Shown here in pieces: positions 41,472-54,056 of a DNA stretch of 64,000 bases; within the stretch, counting starts at the first letter, position 1, and every line of letters starts with the position of its first letter. Source of the stretch: Prasinococcaceae sp. CCMP 1430 (taxonomy: Eukaryota > Plantae > Prasinodermophyta); contig RQSC01000011.1 in assembly GCA_013416795.1 (NCBI GenBank), positions 236,721 to 300,720 of the forward strand, written 5' to 3'. The notes beneath the pieces are model-generated. The model did not search any database, was not told the DNA's origin, and saw only the letters and a list, made by a program, of their open reading frames with translations. The translations under genes and the position numbers were made by a program.

Positions 41472-41869
41472 CTGTCGCCTCGCGCGCTCGCCACGCGTGA
41501 ATGCCCCTGGCAAGGACACGCACGCCCCTTGGCCGTGGCTCGGCGCGGCACGGCGCGGCGCAGCGCGGCGACGTAGCGCGCCGCGGCGTGGCGCGCAGCC
41601 GTCGTGCGCCCGCACGCCCTCTCCCGACACTCAGTCGCTCTCACTCGCAGCTCTCGCGATGTTCTAGGCCCGCCCCTCTGCCTCCCACCGCCCATCGCCT
41701 CCGCGCACACACCACGAGGAGTGGTCAGCACAGTGTCGACCGCCCCTCCCGTGCCGAAACGCGCATCTCGGGTGGGGGAACTCGGCAACTGTTCCGAATA
41801 AAGTTGCACGCGCGCTGCGTCTTAGTCTTCGAGAATGGAGGAGTCCAGTGACTAGCATGGAGACATAAG

Positions 41870-43174
41870 TTACAACAACTCGCCACCCTCAGCGCACTCG
41901 GAGAAGAGTGAGGCCTCGCCGTAGTTCGTGGCCGCGTCGCTGAAGCGCGTGCTGTACACGATCTGCAGGATGGGCCGCTCGCGTGTGCCGCTGTTGGGTG
42001 AGCCTGCGCATGCAAGTCAGCGACAGCGCGCGGCGCGGAGACCCGCCTGCGAGCAACCACAGCGACGGCGACAGTGCGACACGAGCGCAAGCGCGCGAGC
42101 GCTCGCCAAAGCACCCTTACCACAGTGCACCGTTCGGAAATCGTACACGATGGCCCCGCCCGCCCGAAGCGGCGCACCAGGCACGACGGTGGCCCCGCGC
42201 AGCTCTCGTGCGGACGCCGACCCCATGTGCAGGCAGCCGGCGTGGCGGTGGCTCCCAGGCCAGAAGACAGTGACGCCCTCCCCGCCAGCCTCGTACGGCG
42301 CGACGTCAACAAGGGGGACAAAGGCGCACACAGCGTACGGAGTCGCAGCCGACTCGCCACCGCCGAAGGCAAACTTGGAATGGCCGCCATCGGCGTGCCA
42401 CCGTCCGGCCGGTGCCCCCGGGCGGCTCACGATGACGCTAGCGCGCCATCTGAGCGCGCTTGCTCGCACCTCCTCCCTCCCTGCATCGCCCCCCTCCGGT
42501 TGGACACGCGGGATGCCAAGCGCGACGCGCACGGCGCCCACCCAAGGCCCATGCGCTGCGATGGCATCGATGGCGTCGCCGCCCTCGAGCGACGTGTCCA
42601 ACAGCAGGTCCCACCTCCCCACGCCCCGGGAGGAGAGCTCAGCGTAGTGGTGCGTACCGGCGCCGAGGTCAACTTTGGTGCTGCCACCTACCGCTGCCGC
42701 CCGCTTGCGGAGCGCGTCCTCGGCCGCCGCGCAACGCGAGCGCGCACTTGCCGCCGCAGCTGCCACCTGTGAGGCGTCGAGCGCGTCGGGGAGGGCGAAC
42801 ACGCCCAACGTGGCGAGCAATCGTGCGCCCTCGCGCTCGCCCGCAACAGTCGCGAGCTCAGCGGTGCGCAGTGAGATGCCTTCCAACAGCGGCGCACCGC
42901 CCTGCACGCGCGGGCGCGCCAGCGGCAGCACCGCACACTCGCGCTGCACGAGCGACGCTCGCGCTCGCGCATGCAGCGGCAGCGCAGCCAGCGACGCCGC
43001 GGCGCTCTCCGCGGTGCGTTGGGCGGCCACGGCGAGGGAGGCGTGTTCCTCGAGCGGTAGCGAGAACGACACATGCGCGAGGATCTCATGCCAGCTGCGG
43101 CATTCACCAGGCGAGTCCGTCTGCGCCGTATGCCAAGTGCTCGCTGCGCACGTGGGTGCGAGCGCCGCCTGCAT
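41870..43174 (-). CDS. Phytanoyl-CoA dioxygenase-like (PhyH) 2OG-Fe(II) oxygenase
   Basis: WHADG (HxD), TVFWPGSH, DFRTVHCG|SPNSGTRERPILQIVY after removing intron 42120-42004. Start uncertain (43174 or further upstream). Confidence 0.75.
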
Positions 43175-43231
43175 CTCCCCTGTGAGCTCCTCCACGAAGC
43201 CGCAGCCGTCGGCGCCGTCGGCCGCGCGGCC

Positions 43232-44236
43232 ATGCCACTCACCGCCCGCGGCGCCCGCAGGCGGACCTGCGGCGCATAGTGCGTCAAGAGCACGCGACGC
43301 GCACGCGCACGCGCACGTGCATGCGCCCATCCCTGGGACAGCGTTCGCGCCCACCGAGCAGTGGCAACGCAAGGCAAGCGAGACGACGCCGCCGGCACGC
43401 GAGCGGCCAGCGGCGCGGCGCGCGCGCGAGCGCTCGCCCCGCCCACCGTGTCGCGCGTGGCCCGGCGAGCGCCGCGCCTCCCGGCGCGTCGCGCGCCCCC
43501 TGCTTCCGCGAGTGCAGCCGCCGGTGCCGCCAGCGCCGCAGGAACGACAGAGCAGCTAGCACATGGCCTTGAGCTGCTGCGCGGCGAGACGGCCGCCGCG
43601 CGCGCGGCGGCCGTCGACTGGGGCAGCGTGGAGCCACTCAAGGCTGATTCTGCCTTCATTAAGCCACAGCGCCTGTCGTTCGAGCAGGACGGCAGCGACC
43701 GCAGGTGGGACATGGTTGCGTCCATGCCATCCGTCGCAGTGTTGCTCTACCATCATGAGCTCGACGCCGTCATACTCGTCCGCCAGTTCAGAGCACCTGT
43801 GCACGCTGCTAACGTTGCCGAGGCTGCACGCGCCGGCGCACCTGCGCCGCCAGTGGAGGGCGCGCTCACTTACGAGCTCGTCGCAGGGCTGCTCGACAAG
43901 GACGCGTCGCCCGAGCGCACGGCAATCGAGGAGGTCGCTGAAGAGGCTGGCTACCGTGTCGAATCTCTGCACCGCGTGGTCTCATACGCAGAGGCGATCG
44001 GCATCTCCGGCCCCAGCCAGACCCTTTTCTTCGGAGAGATTTTCAGCGAGGCGCAGCGCATCGATGGTGCCGGCGGCGGGCTCGCGGAGGACGGCGAGGC
44101 TATCGACGTGCTCACACTGCCCGCCAAGTTTGCATTGGATTTCGCGCTCGACGACAACTACGCGAAGAGCGCGGGGCTGATGTTCGGCCTGGCGGCGTTG
44201 CCCCACCTGCTGGAACGCTACGGCGAGCGCCGCTGA
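43232..44236 (+). CDS. NUDT14: Nudix nucleotide-sugar pyrophosphatase (NUDT14/AtNUDX14-like)
   Basis: VILVRQFR.PV and YELVAGLLDK...TAIEEVAEEAGY (Nudix box). The start needs a tentative intron 43279-43341 after ATG 43232; the core domain (from about 43600) is secure. Confidence 0.8.
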
Positions 44237-44315
44237 GGCAGGCGGTTGCGCGCGCGCGCAATCTGTGTACCAACCCGTGTGATCTACTTAGCCGCTGTCC
44301 GTGCCGAAACCCTCG

Positions 44316-46056
44316 CTAGCTTGAGAGCGAGATGGGATGCGACTCGAGGGCAGCATAGGCGCCTCCCTCGACAGGCGCCCCCCCGTCCACGTGCCTGGCG
44401 GTGGCACGGGCACTCCGTAGCCCCTGCTCACCCAGGGCGCGCTCGATCAAAGGCGTGTGCCGATGCGCGAGCATGCGCACCGCGTGCCCGAGGTCCTACG
44501 AGGTCGCGTGCTGTCATGTCAGCGCGGGCGTGGGCACGTGTGGCTGCGCGCGCGCGCATGGCGAACCGCGCACGTGTTGCCGCACATCGCGAGCGCCCAA
44601 GCCGTGCGCACGGGGTGACACGCACCCATGGGTCCTCAGTGGCGGCAGTCTTGTTGAGCATGTGCTCGAGCATCTTGTTGGACGAGCACCCGCAGCGCAG
44701 CAGCGCGGTGCGCTGCGAGCACAGCAGCGCCCCGGCCAGCAGCGCGGCACCGCCCCAGCGGCCGTCGCGGTTCAGCTGCGGCGGCGATGCTGACCACAGC
44801 GCTTCCCACACGGGGAGGCAGTCCTCAACTGAGAGCTCCCTGGCACGCGCGCGTGAGAGAGTGTGCGGTCGTCGCGGGCCGGCACGTCAGTACGCTTCCG
44901 ACGAGTGGACGAGCTGGCCGCCGCGCTCGTGAGCGTTCGATGCAGCGCTCTCGTCGCGCGCAGCACCTACGCACCTCCTGAGCATGACGAGCAGCGGCCG
45001 CAGCGCGAGCGTGCGCATGTCCACCTGCGCGGCGTCGAGCGCGGCTGCGAGCTCGGTATCATTCGCGCGTACCAGCGCATCCACGGCGCGCGCGTGCGCG
45101 TCTATGTGCGCGTAGCACTCCTCGAAGACGCCGGCCTGCCCACGCATGAGCGCCTCGAAGCACGCGTGCGCGAGCGCCTCTGCGCGTGTGCACGGCGCCT
45201 CGGCCGCTCGCGCGATGTCCTCCAGATCGACGCCACCACCGCCCCCGCGCTCGAGCTCTTCGAGGCCGGCAGGCAGCGGGCCAGCCAGCGCAGCCATGGC
45301 TGCGCTGGCCGGGGGCGCGCCACGGCCGCCGCCGCCGTCGGCTTTGCTGGTCTCCATAAACACCAGCAAGAAGGGCGAGAGTAAGTCACCCATGCCCTGG
45401 TAGAAGCCTACGCTCTCCTCGTGCGTGCAGTGCGCCAGCAGCACGCGATTGAGAGCCGCGCGCCCGGCGCCACCGGAGGCCAAGAGCGCGAGGTGCGGGT
45501 CGGTGCGTGGAGCGTCGACTGCGAGCTGCCTGAGCGACTCACACGCGCGCGGCTCGCGTGCGCGGAGCGCGGCTGCGGCAGCTCGTAGGCGCGCGTCGAG
45601 AACCGCGGCAGCGTGTTCGGCCACGGCGCGCTCGTGCTCTGCGTCGTGCCCGGCGCCGTGCGGATGAGGCTCGTAGACGCCCAGGAGATACGGCCATGCC
45701 AGCGCGCGAGCGGCAGGCGCGACACCTGCGCCCGAGCCTGCCACCAGCGCGCGCACTCCAGCGACGCCGCGCGACGCCAGTGCTGCGCGCACCTCGCGCG
45801 TGAGGGCAGGCAGCCCGCCATCGCCACCATACCGTCGTTGTCGCGGCCGCTGCTTGCGGCGCGCGGCAGTGGAGCGCTGGCTCCAGCCATCCAGATCGGC
45901 TGCGTGCTGCTGCTGCTGGGGGCCCGGGGCATGCGACCGCGCGCCCCCGTGCCCATCCTCGGGCGGCGCGCGGGCGTAGCGCTCCGGCTCGGTGCCCACA
46001 GCCGATGGCGATCCGCCATTGCGGCGCTTGGCGGCGCATGCCAGGCAGCTGACCAT
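44316..46056 (-). CDS. TBC-domain Rab GTPase-activating protein
   Basis: AWPYLLG, VDAPRT (IxxDxxR), FYQGMGDLLSPF (YxQ) and VWEALW. Introns 44974-44840 and 44625-44496. Confidence 0.85.
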
Positions 46057-46144
46057 CTCGCCCGCCTGCAGGAGCTCTCCGGCGCGGCGGCGCAAGCGCG
46101 CTCTGCGCAGCGCACGGCGCTCGCCGCGCTGCGTGGGGGGCGCA

Positions 46145-46183
<39 letters not shown>
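46145..46183. repeat. G39 homopolymer
   Basis: Counted directly. Others: G34 at 52683-52716, G29 at 53281-53309, C23 at 55498-55520, C13 at 14166-14178. Confidence 0.85.
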
Positions 46184-46534
46184 CTCTTGCGCCCACCCGC
46201 TCCCGCGCTCCCGCGCGCGTGTGGTGCCCCTGCCCTGGCCGCTCGGCCCCAGCCCTTCAACCTCCCTGGCGCAGCGCCGCCTCTCACGATCTCCTCCCCC
46301 GCCATCCCCCGGGGGCGTGGCCGCGTTCGTAATTCCCCCATCACGCTCGCTCCCTCTCGCTCGCGTTCGCATGCGCGCGAACGCGCGCCGCGGCGCCGCG
46401 TGTTCCCCGAGCCGGAGCGCCGGGGCCTGCGCGCAGTGCCTTGGCCTGCAGCGCGCGGCTCTTTCTGATTCGCCTTCGTCCTCGCGAGAAGCGAAAGCGA
46501 AAGCTGCAGCGCACTCGTCATTATCGCGCGGGTT

Positions 46535-48123
46535 TTACATGCGTTTGTATGGTACATCATCTCTCGCGTGCCGATGGGAGCGAGAGGCCCCGGCGCCTCC
46601 CGAGAGCATCGCCCAAAGCTCCGCATCGGCGCTCGCACCCCTGCTGACTTTTCTGTGCAGCCCCGCGAGGTCGGCGTGCTCGTCGTAGAGCAGCTCGTAG
46701 CAACCGATGCGGGTCGGCGGATCTGCCGGCACGCCACCTGCCGACGCCCCAACGCCCACGGCGCCCACGGAGGGGCGCATGAAGTCTGCGCAGCCTTCGC
46801 CGTTGTTGCTCGCATCCCTGCTCGCGGCCACTACCCTGAGCGTGTCGTCGATGACCTGCGCTTTGAGCACCCTGTCTGCGTCCGTGGTTGCGCTCAGGCT
46901 GGGCGATGCGTTCACCTCGATGAGCCAAGGCTTGAGGGCAGCGTCGACGATGATGTCGTACCCGTAGAGCCTGTCGAAATGCGGCGAGCGCGCGCGGAGT
47001 CGTTCGTCAGTACCGGCGTTCAACGCGCCCGCGCGAGCACCAGCCGTGCCGCGCCAACCCCTGCCGCCCGAGGCCAGCGCGCGGGGGCGCGGGCGCGCAC
47101 GCACTCGAAACAATGCCTGTCGTTGACGACTACTCCCTGCACGGCGCGCAGCGAGTGCACGACGATCATCTTCATGGCGTGCCGCAGCTTCTCAACCGCC
47201 TCTCGCCCGCGCGTGCCCTCGATGTAGAGGAGCATGTCCGCCATGCTCCACTTGTTGCCGTGCGACTCGTTGTAGTCTTCTGCATTCTTCTGTATGGACA
47301 CGTTGGTGAGGTGCATGTACTGGTTGCCGAGCTCCGACGGATCGCTCGAGTACTTGACGTTGGTGAAGCGCGCGAAGCCCTCGTCGCACCACCACACCCG
47401 CAGCGGTCGGTACGACGTCACGCACACGTAGATGCGCATGTCGAACTTCTTGCCTCCCACCAGCAGCGGTTTGTCGATGTAGCGGCTGCACACGTACGCG
47501 TCGCGCCCGCTCAGGTGCGACGTGTACGCGCTGCCTCGGCTGGTGTCGATCCCCATCTGCGCCGCCCAGCGCTTCACCTGCGTCATGCGGTTGATGAGGA
47601 ATATGCCCACGCCGCGAGCGCGCGCAGTCGGCTTCATGATCCACGTCGTGCTGGGGTTGCGACGGAACTCCTCGGCGAACAAGGAGAAGTCAGCAGGCAA
47701 CACGTACGTCACCGGGATGAAGTCGAGCTCGTCGCGCTCGGTCTCGAGCATGAGCGCGGCGGCGCTGGCGCCGGCGCCGGATCCGCCCACCTCGCTCTTC
47801 TCCAGCGACTTGGCATAGCGCTTGACGTTCTTCACGAGCAGGTCCTTCCTCGTGAGCTCGTAGTGGTTGGGAAAGTGGTTGATGATCTGGGTGTCGGAGA
47901 GCCTGAAGCCCGTTTCGGGATTGAATATGGCCTTGGCGGAACCCACCGAGGCCCAGTACACGTTCCAGTCGCCGCCCGGGTTGTACGCCTCGCGGGGCGC
48001 GCCCGGGTCGTCGTCGTCCGCGCCTCCGCCGTGCGGGAGGCGGCAGCGCACCCATCCCCTCCGCTCGAACGCGTGCATGATCACGAACTTGTCGAAGTCC
48101 GTCCTGAACTTGACGACGACCAT
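46535..48123 (-). CDS. TTLL1: Tubulin polyglutamylase TTLL1
   Basis: QIINHFPNHYELTRKDLLVKN, WIMKP, YIDKPLLVGGKKFDMRIY, HLTNVSIQK, CFE|LYGYD and WLIEVNASPS. Intron 47104-46971. Confidence 0.9.
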
Positions 48124-49178
48124 CGCGGCGCGCGCCCGCGCGGCGGCGGCGGCCGCCGCCGCNNNNNNNNNNNNNNNNNNNNNNNNNNNNNNNNNNNNNN
48201 NNNNNNNNNNNNNNNNNNNNNNNNNNNNNNNNNNNNNNNNNNNNNNNNNNNNNNNNNNNNNNNNNNNNNNNNNNNNNNNNNNNNNNNNNNNNNNNNNNNN
48301 NNNNNNNNNNNNNNNNNNNNNNNNNNNNNNNNNNNNNNNNNNNNNNNNNNNNNNNNNNNNNNNNNNNNNNNNNNNNNNNNNNNNNNNNNNNNNNNNNNNN
48401 NNNNNNNNNNNNNNNNNNNNNNNNNNNNNNNNNNNNNNNNNNNNNNNNNNNNNNNNNNNNNNNNNNNNNNNNNNNNNNNNNNNNNNNNNNNNNNNNNNNN
48501 NNNNNNNNNNNNNNNNNNNNNNNNNNNNNNNNNNNNNNNNNNNNNNNNNNNNNNNNNNNNNNNNNNNNNNNNNNNNNNNNNNNNNNNNNNNNNNNNNNNN
48601 NNNNNNNNNNNNNNNNNNNNNNNNNNNNNNNNNNNNNNNNNNNNNNNNNNNNNNNNNNNNNNNNNNNNNNNNNNNNNNNNNNNNNNNNNNNNNNNNNNNN
48701 NNNNNNNNNNNNNNNNNNNNNNNNNNNNNNNNNNNNNNNNNNNNNNNNNNNNNNNNNNNNNNNNNNNNNNNNNNNNNNNNNNNNNNNNNNNNNNNNNNNN
48801 NNNNNNNNNNNNNNNNNNNNNNNNNNNNNNNNNNNNNNNNNNNNNNNNNNNNNNNNNNNNNNNNNNNNNNNNNNNNNNNNNNNNNNNNNNNNNNNNNNNN
48901 NNNNNNNNNNNNNNNNNNNNNNNNNNNNNNNNNNNNNNNNNNNNNNNNNNNNNNNNNNNNNNNNNNNNNNNNNNNNNNNNNNNNNNNNNNNNNNNNNNNN
49001 NNNNNNNNNNNNNNNNNNNNNNNNNNNNNNNNNNNNNNNNNNNNNNNCTTGGTGCACCACACACGCACGCCACCGCGCGCGCGCGCAGGCGAGGCACGCG
49101 CAAGCCGCGGGAGCGGCAGCAGGCGCGGCAGGCGAGGGCGCCCCGCGCGGTCCGAGGGAGCTCTTGCAGGCGTTCGCC

Positions 49179-50799
49179 ATGGGAAAGGGCGGTCAGAAGG
49201 GCCTGTCGCCCCCCCCCGTGCTCGTCACGGGCAAGGCGCCGTCCGCGGTGCTCAGCCGCGCGGCCACCGGCGGTGCGCCCGTCAAGGCCGCCGACGTCTC
49301 CAAGCACGCGACGGAAGATGACTGCTGGATCGTCATCAAGGGAAAGGTGTACGACGTGTCGGGGTGGAAGGAGCACCCCGGCGGCAAGGTGCGTCTCCGC
49401 GCTGTCGCGACCCGGCGCGCGGGGCGCCGAGCGCGGAGGCGTGCGCCGGGCGCATGGGCACCGATCGCGGCTTGCGCCGCCGCGAGCCAGGCCGGGGCGC
49501 GTGTTGACCCCCCCACCCCAACCCCTCCCCTTCCAACCCCTCCCCACCCTCCCCGCCCGTCAACCCGCCATGCCCAACGCGCACCCGCCACACCCCGCCT
49601 CTTTCCCTCCTCAGGCCGTGTTCTCGCACGCAGGCCGCGATGCGACCGATGCCTTCACCATCTGGCACCCGGGGAGCGCGTGGAAGGACCTGGAGCGCTT
49701 CTACGTGGGCGAGCTCGACGGCCCCGCGCTCGAGGCGGACGCGTCCGAGGCCGATCAGGCGCTGCTCAAGGATTTCCGCGCGCTCCGCGCGCAGTTCAAG
49801 AGGGAGGGGCTCTTCAAGTCGAACAAGCTCTTCTACGCGTGGAAGGTGCTGAGCACGTTCGCGCTGTGCGTCGCCGCGGCCGCGCCGGCCGCCATGTACG
49901 GGCGCGACATGTCGTGGGCCGCGTACGCGCTCTCCATGTGCACCATGGGCGTCTTCTTTCAGCAGAGCGGCTGGCTCGCGCACGACTTCTTGCACGGGCA
50001 GGTCTTTGAGAGCCGCGACCTGAACGAGGCGTTCGGCTACGTCATCGGCAACGTCTGGCAGGGCTTCAGCGTGGCGTGGTGGAAGAACAAGCACAACTAC
50101 CACCACGCCGCATGCAACGAGATCGAGCAGGACGGCACCGCTTGCGACCCCGACATCGACACCATCCCGCTCTTGGCCTGGGACGAGAGGATGCTTTCGC
50201 AGCTCGACAACGAGTCCGCGCTGCAGAAGTGGGTCATCAAGAACCAGGCCGCCCTCTTCTTTCCCATGCTGAGCTTCGCCAAGTTCACGTGGAACCTCTC
50301 CTCGTGGGCGGACGTGCACCTGGCCAAGGAGCGCTCGTCGGCGCACTACGCGGTGGAGGTGGCCGCGCTGGCCGCTCACTACTTGTGGACTGCCGCGCTG
50401 TGCGTCTACTCCTTCGGCGTCTCGCCCGCCGCGCTTGGCTACTGGATTGGGGCCAACGTGGTGGGCGGTTCGCTGGTGGCGTTCGTGTTCGTGCAGAGCC
50501 ACAACGGCAAGGAGGTGCACGCGTACGCGGACGTGAGCAAGAACTGGATCCGCATGCAGGTTGAGACTACGCGCAACCAGTTCGCGACGCCCTTCAACGA
50601 CTGGTTCAGCGGCGCCCTCAACATGCAGATCGAGCACCACCTCTTCCCGACGATGCCCAGGCACAGCCTGGGCAAGACGCGTGGCCGCGTGCGCGAGCTG
50701 TGCAAGAAGCACGACTTGCTGTACGAGGAGCACGGCTGGGTCGAGTGCACGCGCAGGGTGCTCTCGCACCTCGACCACATTTCCAGGAAGCTTGACTGA
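49179..50799 (+). CDS. Front-end cytochrome b5-fusion desaturase (delta6/delta8-type, non-plastid)
   Basis: MGKGG start, HPGG, HDFLH, WWKNKHNYHH and QIEHH. Exons 49179-49388 and 49615-50799. Confidence 0.92.
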
Positions 50800-50986
50800 G
50801 CGGAAGTCGATCTGCGGGCTAGAGTCCGCAAATGGGCGAGCTTTGGGGGACGGTTTGGGGTTGGCGGGGTTCGAGAATCGATAGCAGGCCCCTTCGCACG
50901 CGCCGGGGCGGCCGCGGCACCATTACACGCCGCGACTGCAGCGCTCGGGGATGGCTTGAATAATTACACGTTTATTTGTTAGCGCC

Positions 50987-52582
50987 TCAGAGCGAGGCGG
51001 CGACGTCCTCCGCTCTCCGCCGTGCCGGTGCCAGGGCGGCGGCCACACGCTCCCTTGTGAGCGCGCACGCCGCAGCCGAAGCCCACTCGCACACCGCCGC
51101 GGCGTCCGACGCCAGCCTTGCGCCGTCCGACGCCCGGGCGCGCTTCGGCAACGCGCCGGCCAGCGTGCGAATGGCAGCCGCCGCCGCCGACTCAAGCGCG
51201 AACGCACGGGTCGCCGGGTGAGCGTGCACGACCGCCTCGCCAAGGGGCTCCAAGAGGGCGTCGGTGAGAGCGCCGCGCCCACCCCCCTCGGCGGCAGAGT
51301 GTGCAAGGACATCCGCGCACGCGTCAACCGTCGCCGTGCCGATGGCGCTCGCGAGCGTTCCGATGACCGTTCGCAGGGCCAGGCGCGATGGGTGCCGCCC
51401 GCGGAGCACGTCCGCGGCGCTCTCCTCCACGAGCACGCATTCGGAGTGGAGAACGCAGAGTTGGCTCAGCGTGCGCGATTCCGGGTACAGTCGCGGCACG
51501 CCGCATGCGTAGTTCGCGAGCGCACCAACGGTGGCGCCGGCCATGCGCTGCAGCTCCATCGCGCTCGGCGCATCGCCCGCGCCGGCCGTTGCCGGCGCTG
51601 GAAGGGCCGCGAGGGCCGCAAGCGCAGCATCGAATGTCGGCGTCTGCGCACGAGGCGCCTTCAACTCGCTGCAGCCATCCGTTTCAGGCGGTGCGCGAAC
51701 CGCCAGCTTCTCCTTGCGCGCGAGGGCGAGCGCCTCCCTGTGGTGCTGCCCCCACCGCCGCGATGCGCTCTGAGTCGGTGCGCTCGCCTCGGCGCTGACG
51801 CTGGGCGGGGCAGCGGCAGCGACCCAGACGGACGCGCTGTTGAGAACTGTCCGTGCGGCGGCCGGGGACGCGGCGCGCGCGGCCATCAACACGGCGAGCG
51901 CGCGGCGCTCCTCTGCGACCACCGCATCGGCGAGGCCGGGGACGCTCTCCTCAGGCATGGTGGCCCTGATCAATACGGCCTCCGACGCCAGCTCGAGCTC
52001 GGCATTAAACTCGCCGCCAAGACATCGCGAGCTTGCGAGCAGCGCACGCGCCTCGGCAAATAGCCGAAGCGCCTTTGAGAGCGCCTGCCCCTGCCGCTCC
52101 CCATCGTCGCCGGCGGCAGCAGGCGAGGATGGGGATGTTCTCCATGAGGCCAGCACGTCCTTGGCGCCTCTCGCGAGGGCGTCGAGCCCCGGCGGCGGCA
52201 CCGTCAGACGCAGCACGGCCCTTGACGCGCACGCTCGCGCCGCGTACGCCGCGGCTGCGGCGCTGAGCCAATGCCGCACGCTCACATCGTCGGTGCGCGC
52301 GGCCACAACCGCCTCGAGCGCGCGCTCGTGGGCCGCCTCGGCCTGGGTAACAGCCCTCATGACCGCCTCGCCAGCCACCTCGAGCGCCTCCTCGAGTGCG
52401 CAGAGCCTCTCGACCACGCCCGGCTCGCGCGCGCCCAGCGCCACGACAGCATGCGGCGCCGCGGCAGGCACGGCCGCCGCGGCGTCCGCGAAGGCCGCCG
52501 CGCTCGCGGCAGCCGCGCGTGCGCTCAGCGGAGCGAGCGCCTCGGCAGCACTCGCGAGGTCCTCCAGCGCCTCGGCGTCCAT
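50987..52582 (-). CDS. Hypothetical Ala-rich helical protein (about 531 aa)
   Basis: Long ORF from MDAEALEDL with repeating helical patterns. No family recognised. Confidence 0.55.
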   Translation of the reverse strand: MDAEALEDLASAAEALAPLSARAAAASAAAFADAAAAVPAAAPHAVVALGAREPGVVERLCALEEALEVAGEAVMRAVTQAEAAHERALEAVVAARTDDVSVRHWLSAAAAAYAARACASRAVLRLTVPPPGLDALARGAKDVLASWRTSPSSPAAAGDDGERQGQALSKALRLFAEARALLASSRCLGGEFNAELELASEAVLIRATMPEESVPGLADAVVAEERRALAVLMAARAASPAAARTVLNSASVWVAAAAPPSVSAEASAPTQSASRRWGQHHREALALARKEKLAVRAPPETDGCSELKAPRAQTPTFDAALAALAALPAPATAGAGDAPSAMELQRMAGATVGALANYACGVPRLYPESRTLSQLCVLHSECVLVEESAADVLRGRHPSRLALRTVIGTLASAIGTATVDACADVLAHSAAEGGGRGALTDALLEPLGEAVVHAHPATRAFALESAAAAAIRTLAGALPKRARASDGARLASDAAAVCEWASAAACALTRERVAAALAPARRRAEDVAASL

Positions 52583-52681
52583 TTCGCCGGCCCCGTCCCC
52601 GGCAGGCGCCCCTGGCCGGCTGTCTGGCACACTGTGCGGCGCGAAGCGCACGTTGTGAGCAGTTTGGCCGAGTTTGCCGGG

Positions 52682-52719
<38 letters not shown>

Positions 52720-53554
52720 GGCGAGCGAAGCACAGCACCGCGTAATCCAGAACTTTCCCGTGGTTTCATCGCGCTCCGGCTGTTGACTGTTGGCCCGACA
52801 GGGATGCGCCTCGGCCGGACGCGCGCGCTCGGCGCGCCCGGCGGGCAATTTTTGCGCGCTGACTGGAGCTCGGACAGCGATTCCGATTCCGGGAGCGCGC
52901 TCCGGTCACATGCTGCGCGCAGATTTGCGCCCGTCGGCGATCGGCGGAGGCGCGTTGCGTGCCACTCTGTGCGCGCGCGCACGCACGCACGCACGAGGGG
53001 CGGCCATGGCGCGCGGCGCGGCGCCGGGACAGGTGTCGACGAGCGTGAAGGGCGGCGGGCCGGGACCGCGCATGCAGGGGAACGCGCCCGCGGGCGCCGT
53101 GCAGAAGTGCGTGCGCGCGCGACTCTCCTCCCCCCCCCCCGCGCGCGCACGCGTGGCAGCACGCGGCTCGCAGCGCGCAGAACGAGCGTGCGAGCGAGCG
53201 CGTGCGTGTGTGGGAGCAGTTGGCGGTGGGCCGATCGGCGCTCGCGGCGCCGGCTGGGGCGGCGGCGCCGTGCTAGCGGCGGGGGGGGGGGGGGGGGGGG
53301 GGGGGGGGGCTTGGTGAGGGCAGCGAGGAGGGTGGTCGGGCAATGCTTGGGGACGCTGCGCCAGCCTCGCGTGTGCATGGGGCGCCCAGGCGCACTCAAG
53401 TCGCTGCAGCGGTGGTGCTGTTAAGGGGCAACCCTAACAGGAGTGATGGAAAGCAACGGCGCTGATCGGCGCTGCGGGGCGCGCGCACGAGCGCGCGAGC
53501 GCACTCTCGTGCGAGCGCGGATGGGGGGAACGCGCGCCGCTGGCTGCCTCTGCG

Positions 53555-53866
53555 ATGTGGAGCGCTGACCCATGTCGACGTCGGCGCCGCCCGCTCCGCG
53601 CTTGGGCCCATCGCCACCCACCTGCCGGGTGTCGCGCTGGCTCGCCGCTGGTGCCGCCGCTTCTGCCTGGCTCTCGCAGGCGCCGCGCCGGCGGTGGGCG
53701 TGGCAGCCAGGGAAACGGCAAGAACATGCTGCGCTTTTACACCGATGAGAGCCCGGGCCTTACAATCTCGCCAGTGACCGTGCTGGTGATGTCGCTGGGC
53801 TTTGTCGCCGGCGTGACGCTGCTCCACGTGATCGGCAAGTTGTACAGCTTGGGCGCCTCTAGCTAG
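53555..53866 (+). CDS. SEC61B: Sec61 translocon beta subunit
   Basis: [44 protein letters not shown]. The N-terminal exon structure is unresolved. Confidence 0.9.
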   Translation: MWSADPCRRRRRPLRAWAHRHPPAGCRAGSPLVPPLLPGSRRRRAGGGRGSQGNGKNMLRFYTDESPGLTISPVTVLVMSLGFVAGVTLLHVIGKLYSLGASS

Positions 53867-54056
53867 CTTGGGCAGGAGCTCGTATAAAATGCGTGGGTGG
53901 GTCTACTCGAAGGCGATGCGCGTCTGTGGCTCGTGTGCGCAGACGTTCATCGGGACCCCGCGCGAGGCGACTCGCGCTCGCGCTCGGGATGCCTTCAGAG
54001 TAGCATCGTACAGAGAGTAGATTACAGGGGGGCGTGCGAGCACAGCCGACTAGTCT

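Noticed and set aside
46549-46559. ATGGTACATCA matching the palindrome flank at 39759
   Set aside because: It lies in the last codons of TTLL1 (DDVPY) and is only a half-site.
47113-50799. 1228-aa ORF (and similar 47020, 47690, 12227, 19061 and 60483 ORFs) spanning N-runs
   Set aside because: These are artefacts of translating through gaps. The real genes are separate on each side.
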